Under the pieces are notes generated by a model, which was not told the origin of the DNA, did not search any database, and saw only the letters and a list, made by a program, of their open reading frames with translations. A stretch of DNA of 64,000 nucleotides from an uncultured virus (IMG/VR IMGVR_UViG_3300027847_001048) (taxonomy: Duplodnaviria > Heunggongvirae > Uroviricota > Caudoviricetes): the IMG/VR virus record IMGVR_UViG_3300027847_001048. One strand, given 5' to 3'. Within the stretch, counting starts at the first letter, position 1. Each line of letters starts with the position of its first letter. This document shows positions 37,890-45,426 of the stretch, piece by piece. Position numbers and translations under genes: made by a program.

Positions 37890-39160
37890 TCGTTACGGTA
37901 GCCCGCAAACCTCTCACCGGGACTGTGACTGCTTCGGTATTGAAGTACGGGACAGGAGCGTTGAATATCAACGCAACACGTATCGCCGCAAACGAGACCA
38001 TCTTGACCCACACGCAAGGTCGAGAAGCTGCCAACGCCGACCTCAAGGTGTACGGGAAGTATGCCGGGGGCTTCAAGACCCACCAAGCGCCTGGGCAGGA
38101 GCTTGGCCGATGGCCCGCCAACCTAATCCTCCAACATCTTGAAGGGTGTCGCTGCAAGGGTACTAAAGAGGTCAAAGGGGTTACGGGGGGGCCATCCTCT
38201 GGTGCCAACGCTTTCGGGCAGGATGCTGGGTGGAACGCTCACCAAAACCGTCCATCGGGCATTTCCCGCTACAACGATGAAGACGGCAAAGAAACCGTAG
38301 CCAACTGGATCTGTGCCGGGGGATGCCCCGTGGCTGCGCTTGATGAGCAGAGCGGCACCCTCAAGAGTGGTGCGATGAACAGCATCGCCAAGGGCGACCA
38401 ATACAACACCTACGGGAAGATGTATGAGCGCAGGGTGACGAGCCCAGCGAGCGAAGGTGGTGCGTCTCGATTCTTCAAGCAGATCGTGACCCTCGAAGAC
38501 TTGATCGAGTATCTCTACACGATGATCACCCCGGTTCACGTTGAAGGGGAGTCAATCGTCGTGATGGGCTTGAACGATTACGACTGGACGCAGCACGATG
38601 ATGAGTCCCTGCATGGGTTCATCGGTCGGGGGACACCGACTTCGGAGCAGTGCCGGGAGATCATGCGGTTCCTCAAGCCTGGGGCGCACGTCATGTTGAT
38701 GAGTCCCGAGGACCAACCGACCGGCCACGTCGGAGCGTGTCAGTTGGAGGATGACGGTTTCGAGATCCGTGATGCCATTCATGTTCTCCAAGGGCCTGCC
38801 CCTTTTGCCTATGTCGCCAAGCCTTCCCGTGCGGAACGTGGGGCTGGCAACAACCACCCAACCGTAAAGCCCGTAGGTATCATGGAGTTCTTACTCCGAG
38901 ATGTACCCAAGGATCATCCGGTGCTCGATCCATTTCTGGGGTCAGGTACGACGCTGCTGGCCTGCTTGAACACCAAGCACGATGGAATCGGTATCGAACG
39001 AGAGGAAGAGTACCTCCAGATTGCCGACCGTCGAGTAAGGGATTGGGACCGGCAGAACGTCGGGTGGGTCACAACAGAGATTGTATCCGAGGCGGCAGAG
39101 GAAGATGTCCCAGAGAGCGTGGGACTGGGTAGTTTGTTTGGGTTCGACGAGGCACCATGA
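37886..39160 (+). CDS. N6A/N4C DNA methyltransferase, C-terminal (SAM-binding) half
   Basis: ARKPLTGTV, GTGALNI, GRWPAN, GGASRFF, NHPTVKP, VLDPFLGSGTT, GIERE. No DPPY motif. Confidence 0.85.
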   Translation: MIVTVARKPLTGTVTASVLKYGTGALNINATRIAANETILTHTQGREAANADLKVYGKYAGGFKTHQAPGQELGRWPANLILQHLEGCRCKGTKEVKGVTGGPSSGANAFGQDAGWNAHQNRPSGISRYNDEDGKETVANWICAGGCPVAALDEQSGTLKSGAMNSIAKGDQYNTYGKMYERRVTSPASEGGASRFFKQIVTLEDLIEYLYTMITPVHVEGESIVVMGLNDYDWTQHDDESLHGFIGRGTPTSEQCREIMRFLKPGAHVMLMSPEDQPTGHVGACQLEDDGFEIRDAIHVLQGPAPFAYVAKPSRAERGAGNNHPTVKPVGIMEFLLRDVPKDHPVLDPFLGSGTTLLACLNTKHDGIGIEREEEYLQIADRRVRDWDRQNVGWVTTEIVSEAAEEDVPESVGLGSLFGFDEAP

Positions 39161-39252
39161 TTCAACTGTTACATGACGACTGCGTTGAACGCATGAAAGC
39201 TATGAAGGAGGCAAGCGTAGGGAGCATCATCTGTGATCCTCCCTACGGATAA
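39157..39252 (+). CDS. 31-aa methyltransferase N-terminal fragment carrying the catalytic DPPY motif (not in ORF track)
   Basis: ATGA overlap with the previous gene; translates MIQLLHDDCVERMKAMKEASVGSIICDPPYG*. Confidence 0.85.
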   Translation: MIQLLHDDCVERMKAMKEASVGSIICDPPYG

Positions 39253-39254
39253 AT

Positions 39255-40052
39255 GGCCTTGAGTTCATGGGCAAAGCCTGGGACAAGATCAATGAGCATC
39301 ACTCCCCAAGTCCCAACAGCACATACCCAAAGAATCGGAACCTAAAGGGCGTCCGTTACCATGAGTCTGACGGCGGTCGGATGCAGGAATGGCATCTTCA
39401 ATGGCTTCGTGAAGCGCATCGAGTTCTGCAACCCGGGGGAGCTATCAAAGCCTTCGGTGGCACAAGGACGTTTCACCGTCTTGCTGCTGCGATGGAAGCC
39501 GCTGGCTTCGTGGACATACGAATCGAAGTGTGGACCCACGGAAGCGGATTCCCGAAGTCTCTCAACATCGGAAAAGCCATTGACCGAAGCGGCGGCGCAC
39601 AGACCATTCAGTCGCACCAACTCAAAGGGACCACTTTTGCACAAACCCTTCGGTCCTACCGAAAAGCAGCAGGGGTGTCGAAGACCGAAATGGCATCTTG
39701 GTTCCCATACTCGGAAGTGACGAAGAACTGGGAACGGGTTGATGACGGACAGTTCCGAGTGCCCTCCGAAAGCGATTTTCAAGTGTTGAAGGACAGGCTG
39801 GGGCTGCCCGATTCTTTGTGTGAGGGTCTGTGGGCAGATGACCAACGGCAGCTTGTGTCTGATGAGGGGACCGACCGGAGAGGTGATGGCACGGTGATTG
39901 GCCTCGCCCACACCGGGAAGGTGTGGGCACCAGTCACCGAAGAGGCACAACTCTGGGAAGGATGGGGCACAGCGAACAAGCCTGCCTGGGAACCTGTCGT
40001 CGTAGGGAGGAAGGAAAATCCCGGTATCTCTTCGATGGATTATGCTGAATAG
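39255..40052 (+). CDS. Methyltransferase N-terminal half, continuation in a different frame, with XRE-type HTH insert
   Basis: GLEFMGKAWD...RVLQPGG..KAFGGTRTFHRL...GSGFPKS...EGWGTANKPAWEP. First ATG is at 39267, but homology begins at 39255. Confidence 0.8.
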   Translation, partial: GLEFMGKAWDKINEHHSPSPNSTYPKNRNLKGVRYHESDGGRMQEWHLQWLREAHRVLQPGGAIKAFGGTRTFHRLAAAMEAAGFVDIRIEVWTHGSGFPKSLNIGKAIDRSGGAQTIQSHQLKGTTFAQTLRSYRKAAGVSKTEMASWFPYSEVTKNWERVDDGQFRVPSESDFQVLKDRLGLPDSLCEGLWADDQRQLVSDEGTDRRGDGTVIGLAHTGKVWAPVTEEAQLWEGWGTANKPAWEPVVVGRKENPGISSMDYAE

Positions 40053-40075
40053 CAGTCGAGGAACCGGGGTGCCCT

Positions 40076-40405
40076 ATGAAGATGTTTTACCTAAATCGTG
40101 TCGAGGATGAGTCAGGTAAGTCCGGTACAGGCCGGGTTGCCCAAGGCTTTGTCTTCGATAACGGGAAAGTAGCTCTGACGTGGCTTTCGGACCATCCTTC
40201 CGTCACCGTCTATGACACTCTGGGCGAAGTTCGGGCTCTCCACGGGCACGAAGGCAAGACTGAAGTCATCATGGAACCTGACTGGAAGCGTGCGTTCCAA
40301 GAGTTGAAGTCGGCCCTTATGGACTTCGACCTCATGGAGACGCTGACTGACCGACTTCCAAAAGCAGGCGAAGCCGTGTCGTTGGTAGACAAGAACACCA
40401 AATGA
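40076..40405 (+). CDS. Hypothetical phage protein
   Basis: FYLNRVEDESGKSGTGRVAQG...HGHEGKT resembles a recurring small phage family. Confidence 0.7.
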   Translation: MKMFYLNRVEDESGKSGTGRVAQGFVFDNGKVALTWLSDHPSVTVYDTLGEVRALHGHEGKTEVIMEPDWKRAFQELKSALMDFDLMETLTDRLPKAGEAVSLVDKNTK

Positions 40406-40857
40406 TCGTGTCCCCAGACCACTACCTCATCACCGAGAGTGGTGAATATGTCTGGTCTCCCGAGAGGATAAAGGCGGCCTGGAAGTCGGCTTCCACAGCA
40501 CTGCTCCGCCTGACCAATGATCCAAAGTGGGCGAAAGTCGTGCTCATGGTTGGGATTCCAGCTTCGGGGAAGAGCACTTGGCTGAAGAAGAACCAGGAGT
40601 CGGATGCCATCTACTTCGACGCCACGTTCACCAAGAGCAGCGAGAGAGCCCCCATCATACAGATCGCCAAGGAAGCCGGGATGGTAGTTGAGGCGGCAGT
40701 AATGACTACGCCTATCGCTGTCTGCAAGGACCGAAACGCCTGTCGGCCCTCTGGTCGTCGTGTCCCCGATGACGTGGTTGAACTGATGGCTGCTCAACTG
40801 TTGGGCGATCCCCCCAAGAAGTCCGAGGGCATCGACCGGGTGTATTCAGCCCGGTAA
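40402..40857 (+). CDS. P-loop kinase (AAA_33 / polynucleotide-kinase-like)
   Basis: GIPASGKST, FDAT, RNACR...RRVPDDVV. Confidence 0.85.
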   Translation: MIVSPDHYLITESGEYVWSPERIKAAWKSASTALLRLTNDPKWAKVVLMVGIPASGKSTWLKKNQESDAIYFDATFTKSSERAPIIQIAKEAGMVVEAAVMTTPIAVCKDRNACRPSGRRVPDDVVELMAAQLLGDPPKKSEGIDRVYSAR

Positions 40858-40898
40858 CGAACCTATGGAACCTTTGATTAGTAATCGAAGGAGTCAAG

Positions 40899-41333
40899 AT
40901 GAGAACCATCACAGCGGCGGAACGGACACGCCTTATTCGATATGCAGCCAAGCTCCCCAAGGGCAACCCGAAGCGCCGTGCCGCTCTGCGATTGCTCCAA
41001 AAGGAGTCTGCCTCCGACGTTTCGTTACAGCAAGCGGTCCGAGAGTGGGTGGAGCAGATTGCGAAGTTGGTCCCCTACATAGATCAACGCACTGGAGAAT
41101 GGATTGGTGCATCTTTCACAGTCAATGGCTCTTTCGACGATGGGGTAGTTGAGACCACCGTTACGTTGAAGTTCACATGGGTCGGGCATGGTGTAGGTTG
41201 GCAAGTGTTCACCCAGCAGGGTGGGTATGGAAAACCCGAGCGGATCGACCGAGGTTTCCCCAAGCCGGGGGTTCGCCAAAAGGCGATTGCTCAAAAGATC
41301 GCCGATGTCTTGCACAAGGCGTCAAAGAGTTAG
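40899..41333 (+). CDS. Hypothetical protein
   Basis: AAGGAG RBS; basic N-terminal helix. Confidence 0.7.
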   Translation: MRTITAAERTRLIRYAAKLPKGNPKRRAALRLLQKESASDVSLQQAVREWVEQIAKLVPYIDQRTGEWIGASFTVNGSFDDGVVETTVTLKFTWVGHGVGWQVFTQQGGYGKPERIDRGFPKPGVRQKAIAQKIADVLHKASKS

Positions 41334-41794
41334 CTTGCAGGCTTCCACTTGGCGTTCTTGACCCAAGGGTGGCCGGTCCCTCTCCCACGGTGCCAATGAG
41401 AGTCCTCTTTGGACCACTTCAGACGGCCCTCTCCCCGCTTCCCCTTCTTGAGTGCATACTCGGCCTTCATCGCAGCCGAACGTCCCGTGTAGGGGCCGTA
41501 GACGGCTCGGGGAACCCACGGTCTGAACTTCTGTGTGTACTTGGCCCCGCCTTTGATCTCGCCATTGTGTTGGCGGATACGTCGAGCCAAGCTGGTCGTG
41601 CATCCCACGTAGAAGAATCCAGGGAGCTTATCGCCGGTTTTGCCGACCCGCCCCTGCTCGCTTTGGATCACGTACACCCAATAGGTGCTGTTGTCCTTCT
41701 TGCTCTTTGTGCGTCTACCCTTCCGAGTAGGACGACGGGGCTCCCCGTGTCTTTTGCGTGGGGCTGATCCGCTACGACGTTTCTTTCGAGCCAT
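41330..41794 (-). CDS. GIY-YIG nuclease, SLX1-like
   Basis: WVYVI...FYVGCT...RRIRQHNGEIKGGAKYT..FRPW...AMKAEYALK. Confidence 0.88.
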   Translation of the reverse strand: MARKKRRSGSAPRKRHGEPRRPTRKGRRTKSKKDNSTYWVYVIQSEQGRVGKTGDKLPGFFYVGCTTSLARRIRQHNGEIKGGAKYTQKFRPWVPRAVYGPYTGRSAAMKAEYALKKGKRGEGRLKWSKEDSHWHRGRGTGHPWVKNAKWKPAS

Positions 41795-41872
41795 CCTGCG
41801 GTTCCCTGCCTTTTAGTCGGGGTGACTTCTGCTGCGGTCTATCTGATGCCATACCTACTCCATCTAATAGAC

Positions 41873-41915
41873 AAATAAGAAAGGCCAGCCAGGAACGAGT
41901 CCCAACTGGCCTTTC
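41873..41915 (-). terminator. Rho-independent terminator after the FliO-like gene
   Basis: Minus strand GAAAGGCCAGUUGGGA/UCCUGGCUGGCCUUUC followed by UUAUUU; G-U pairs favour the minus strand. Confidence 0.7.
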
Positions 41916-41935
41916 AAGGAGCTTTGGTTGTGGGG

Positions 41936-42430
41936 TTAGTTCACGGTTGCTGAAGAAACCCCGATCTCGGTCAGATACGTGACACCCTTGGTCGAGGCGC
42001 TCAACAGGATTGTCCGGTTGTCCACCTCCACCAGCGTAATGCGGTGTCCTGACCCCAACTTGAGGTTCTCGATCACTCGCATACGAACGCCGTTGGTCAC
42101 GTTCACAGCAGGTGCTACCGATTGTGCCGCAGCGGGCTTCATCTTTGGACCCTTGGGCGCACGCTTCACCACCTTTCGGGTTTGGGCCTTCTTGATACGA
42201 ACCGCCGAGGTCGGAGCCTCTTTGGTTTGGGTCAAGGCGGCGATCTTTGCTGTCACCATGTTGACGACACCGATTGACTCAATCGCCAAGATGGCGTCCA
42301 AGATTTCGGGGTCGGTGCCGTACTCCGTAAAGGCGGTCTTCGCTCGGACTTTCCATTGTTTGCCCGTGTTCCACTTGACCGGACCCTTGGGGGTCTCAAC
42401 CGTTACAATGCTGGTTTTGGATGTTGCCAT
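41936..42430 (-). CDS. Protein with C-terminal FliO-like domain
   Basis: AAGGAG RBS before ATG 42430; MRVIENLKLGSGHRITLVEVDNRTILLSASTKGVTYLTEI fits the FliO cytoplasmic beta domain. Confidence 0.65.
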   Translation of the reverse strand: MATSKTSIVTVETPKGPVKWNTGKQWKVRAKTAFTEYGTDPEILDAILAIESIGVVNMVTAKIAALTQTKEAPTSAVRIKKAQTRKVVKRAPKGPKMKPAAAQSVAPAVNVTNGVRMRVIENLKLGSGHRITLVEVDNRTILLSASTKGVTYLTEIGVSSATVN

Positions 42431-42550
42431 GCAGTATCTCCTTGGTCGAATCCAATCGAATATGTCCATTAGGACAGGCGTGCCACAGGATGCAGCACTT
42501 GGGTTGTTGGGGGGAGGCTTTAGCTCCAAGACCTCCCGAAGTTCGGGGTC

Positions 42551-42579
42551 AATATGCTCACCCCTAAAGCTAATGTCAA
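42551..42579 (-). promoter_or_regulatory. Sigma70-like promoter
   Basis: TTGACA-N17-CATATT on the minus strand. Confidence 0.55.
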
Positions 42580-42599
42580 CCAACGAACTGAAGATTAGA

Positions 42600-42893
42600 C
42601 TAATCGAAACTGTCGGGCAGCGCCCATTCATCGCATTGATCCCCGACTTTCTCCCGTCCTTGCTTTATGAGATTGATTGCCAGACCACCCCGGTGCTTCT
42701 GCTGAAAATGCTCATCAAAGACATCTTGGAGCAGATTCATCAGGGCTTCTTCTGGGCCGAGATCTCCACCTGAATCTTCGTAGACGTATTCGACCGGGGT
42801 GTCTTCTTCATGCTCGGAAGGCACAATAACCACCCACCCGTTGCGTGTCCGACGAATGATGCAGTGGTAGTTCGGAACCTGTGGAGAAGTCAT
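42600..42893 (-). CDS. Hypothetical protein
   Basis: ATG at 42893 with AGGA upstream. Confidence 0.6.
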   Translation of the reverse strand: MTSPQVPNYHCIIRRTRNGWVVIVPSEHEEDTPVEYVYEDSGGDLGPEEALMNLLQDVFDEHFQQKHRGGLAINLIKQGREKVGDQCDEWALPDSFD

Positions 42894-43019
42894 AGCGATT
42901 CCTATCTGGCCCAAATCTTCAGGGTTTCTTCCAGCGTTTTAGCGATACAGATTGGATTCATTGTGTCCCCGTTCAGTAACGGTATCTTGATAGGCTTGAT
43001 AGGCTACTCACCAAGAGAG

Positions 43020-43079
43020 AAAACCCCGGTCGAAGCGCACCCCACCATGTACGAATGGGGTCGCTCCAACCGGGGTTTT
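43020..43079 (-). terminator. Long hairpin / terminator after the 43095-43907 gene
   Basis: AAAACCCCGGT...ACCGGGGTTTT enclosing further pairing (GCG/CGC, ACCCCA/TGGGGT). Confidence 0.7.
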
Positions 43080-43094
43080 AGTCCCTGGAGGGGT

Positions 43095-43907
43095 TTAGGC
43101 GGTGATGCCGAAGACCTCTTCGATGGTGGCGGTGCGAACACCGACCTCATCATCCTTGGCAGCGAGAGCGGCAGTACCACCCACCCGCAGGATGAAGTCC
43201 TCGCCCTTGCGGAGACGGTAGCTCTTGTAGCGACCGACAGGCAGCTTGCCCCGAAGCACTCGGGTTGCGAGTGCCTTGCCGCCCGACTTGGATGCCGGGA
43301 GGGAACCGTTGGCGGCTTCCTCGACAACCTTGTGGGCGATGCGAAGACCGGAGAGGTTGATGTCCCCGTCCTTGGGAGCCTTTTTGTCTCCCGTGCAATC
43401 GGAGCAGTGACACTCGATGCCCTGGTCAGCTACGCAGCGGTACACTCGACCGTTACGGACGTTCTCGCCATCCACAACCAGAGCTTCCCAAACGTGGTCG
43501 CTGGTGGACTCGCTGGTGCCGTTGAGGGTCCGGTTGAATGAATCCCGCAGGCCGTCGATGGCCTCGGTCACGTCAGCGACCGTCACGGTACGCTCGATGG
43601 CCTTTGCGCCACGCCCGTCCCAACAGGGCGTGTTGGCGAGTTCAGTGGCGATGGCCTTGATGCTCAAGGCGTTGAGCGCATCCAGCGAACGCTGAACGAG
43701 TGCCGGGTAATCGAACCCGGTGATGATGAGGTCGTGGACCACATGATCGCCGTATCGTTCCTTACGTCCGCCACGCTTCTCGCCGGGGGCGAGGCGTTGG
43801 GAGCCTTGGAGTTGGGTCACGATGCCAGTAAAGGTAGCGCCCTTGCGAGCACCCGCCAGATTGGCAGCGATGGTGGTGTTGTCTGTGTTGGCGTTGCAGT
43901 TTGCCAT
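43095..43907 (-). CDS. Hypothetical protein (270 aa)
   Basis: GGAG RBS; preceded by motif copy 6; contains a C-x7-CxCxxC cluster. Confidence 0.75.
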   Translation of the reverse strand: MANCNANTDNTTIAANLAGARKGATFTGIVTQLQGSQRLAPGEKRGGRKERYGDHVVHDLIITGFDYPALVQRSLDALNALSIKAIATELANTPCWDGRGAKAIERTVTVADVTEAIDGLRDSFNRTLNGTSESTSDHVWEALVVDGENVRNGRVYRCVADQGIECHCSDCTGDKKAPKDGDINLSGLRIAHKVVEEAANGSLPASKSGGKALATRVLRGKLPVGRYKSYRLRKGEDFILRVGGTAALAAKDDEVGVRTATIEEVFGITA

Positions 43908-43970
43908 GTCGTTAGCTCCGTTCCGTGGCCCTGTGGGCTCGGGGTAAGTGGGGTTGCCCCCGTTCTGTAT

Positions 43971-43998
43971 TGTCTACCCCGGTAGCTCGAAAAGTAAC
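43971..43998 (-). promoter_or_regulatory. 28-bp bipartite motif, copy 6
   Basis: GTTACTTTTCGAGCTACCGGGGTAGACA on the minus strand. Confidence 0.75.
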
Positions 43999-44063
43999 CG
44001 GGTTTGTTGAAAAAGTTTCCGTTTGTTTGGTACACAAGCCCCCTATATGCGGGCCTCACACAA

Positions 44064-44091
44064 TGCTTACCCCTAACTTTCGGAAAGTAAC
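44064..44091 (-). promoter_or_regulatory. 28-bp bipartite motif, copy 7 (GTAAGCA variant)
   Basis: GTTACTTTCCGAAAGTTAGGGGTAAGCA on the minus strand. Confidence 0.7.
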
Positions 44092-44114
44092 AGGAAACTT
44101 TCGGAAACTTTCTC

Positions 44115-44142
44115 GTTACCTTTTGATCCCCCAGGGTAAGCA
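44115..44142 (+). promoter_or_regulatory. 28-bp bipartite motif, copy 8 (GTAAGCA variant)
   Basis: GTTACCTTTTGATCCCCCAGGGTAAGCA. Confidence 0.7.
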
Positions 44143-44151
44143 TTGTGAAGG

Positions 44152-44289
44152 CGGGAGGGAACACCAACCGGCTCTGACGGTGACTGTAAGCTCGGTCCAC
44201 CGAGGGGATGCACCCGGCTCACACCCGGCTCTGCCCCAGCGGTCCAGCCCATGCAGCACACGCCAACTAAAAGAGTGTTCCCGACCCCG
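44152..44289 (+). ncRNA. Candidate small structured RNA 3, with repeated CCGGCUC
   Basis: Closing stem GGGAACAC/GUGUUCCC plus CGGG/CCCG; CCGGCTC x3 and CGGTCC x2; bounded by motif copies 8 and 9. Confidence 0.55.
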
Positions 44290-44316
44290 TTACTTTTCGA
44301 GGGGCGAAGGTAGACG
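44289..44316 (+). promoter_or_regulatory. 28-bp bipartite motif, copy 9
   Basis: GTTACTTTTCGAGGGGCGAAGGTAGACG, 33 nt before ATG 44350. Confidence 0.75.
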
Positions 44317-44349
44317 AGACAGGGCAGCGAAACACGAAGGGGATACGAC

Positions 44350-44643
44350 ATGGCACAGCAACTCAACGACCTCAAAGGCTCCGACGTAAACGCTGGTGTG
44401 GAGAACACGGGCGGCGGTGGTTTCGGCCTCACAGGGGCGGGCATCGACTTTTACCGGCTCCTGATGATCCGTCAAGCCCTCCAGGTTCAGATGCGGGGGA
44501 TGCGACTCTCCAACAAAGTGCCGCAGGGAACGACCCTGGCTCGTAAGCTCTTGGGCTTCCGTGGCAACAAGGAGTCACTGCTTCGGCAGGTGGACGAACT
44601 CATCGCCCGTATCCAGGCTGAACGGGACGCTGCCGCCCAATAG
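44350..44643 (+). CDS. Hypothetical small protein
   Basis: AAGGGG RBS; flanked by motif copies. Confidence 0.75.
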   Translation: MAQQLNDLKGSDVNAGVENTGGGGFGLTGAGIDFYRLLMIRQALQVQMRGMRLSNKVPQGTTLARKLLGFRGNKESLLRQVDELIARIQAERDAAAQ

Positions 44644-44647
44644 GTCG

Positions 44648-44675
44648 GTTACTTTCCTGCCCATCAGGGTAGACG
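44648..44675 (+). promoter_or_regulatory. 28-bp bipartite motif, copy 10
   Basis: GTTACTTTCCTGCCCATCAGGGTAGACG, 18 nt before ATG 44694. Confidence 0.75.
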
Positions 44676-44693
44676 GTGTAGGAGGAAGGCATC

Positions 44694-44864
44694 ATGTTCA
44701 TCGGCCCCAAACTGACCAAGAAGGAACGTGCCGAGTTGGCGAAACGGACAGCAAGTCCCGAGGTTCAAGACCTGCTCGCTGGTCTGCTCGACAGGAACCC
44801 ACACATCACGCTGATTGACCGTAAAGGACGGGAAATCAAACGACCCCGTAAGGCGAAAAAGTAA
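44694..44864 (+). CDS. 56-aa basic hypothetical protein (below the ORF-track cutoff)
   Basis: AGGAGG RBS; MFIGPKLTKKERAELAKRT...; TAATG overlap with the next gene. Confidence 0.7.
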   Translation: MFIGPKLTKKERAELAKRTASPEVQDLLAGLLDRNPHITLIDRKGREIKRPRKAKK

Positions 44865-45202
44865 TGGTTCCCGACCTGACCACTGAATACTTCTGGCACT
44901 GCGCCACAGCCGAGGGTTGGTCAACGACCGTCCAAGGCTCCAAGGGTGCCGAGTACACGGTGTCATGGAACAAGTGGGGTCACAAAAACCAGCACAACGT
45001 CCAGTACGACTACTCCTGCGACTGCAAGGGGTACAAGTTCAGCAAGGGTCAGGACTGCTCACACATCAAGCGGGTGAAGGCGAGCGGCGACCACTGCAAG
45101 TGGATGGAGTTTTCGGACGGTGGTGATGCCGTCGTCACGAACGGCGACCACCGATGCCCCGAGTGCGGGGATGCGGTTCACTCAATGGGGTGGGGAGTAT
45201 GA
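44864..45202 (+). CDS. SWIM Zn-finger protein
   Basis: GSKGAEYTV...SCDCKGY....CSHI; second CPECG knuckle. Confidence 0.8.
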   Translation: MVPDLTTEYFWHCATAEGWSTTVQGSKGAEYTVSWNKWGHKNQHNVQYDYSCDCKGYKFSKGQDCSHIKRVKASGDHCKWMEFSDGGDAVVTNGDHRCPECGDAVHSMGWGV

Positions 45203-45426
45203 ACAAAACCCGTGACGAGGCCGAGGACCAGATGCGAGCGCAACTGCTGGCCGAGGGTTGGGTCTACATTCCGACTCAAGGGCAGACTGTGGAAGAGAAG
45301 CGCCAGGAAGCCCTGGATTGCATCCTACTCGACAGCCAGCCCTTCACCGAGCGCCGAGAACGACTGATTCCCGCAGAGGGCACGCCAGCCCGTGCCATGT
45401 GGGACGAACTGATGGAGACACCATGA
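45199..45426 (+). CDS. Hypothetical protein
   Basis: ATGA overlap; GGGGAG RBS. Confidence 0.65.
   Translation: MNKTRDEAEDQMRAQLLAEGWVYIPTQGQTVEEKRQEALDCILLDSQPFTERRERLIPAEGTPARAMWDELMETP

Noticed and set aside
40860..40885. Possible late-promoter motif CTAT-Nx-(T/G)AGT, also near 1053, 32420 and 41860
   Set aside because: Too short and variably spaced to distinguish from chance within this window.
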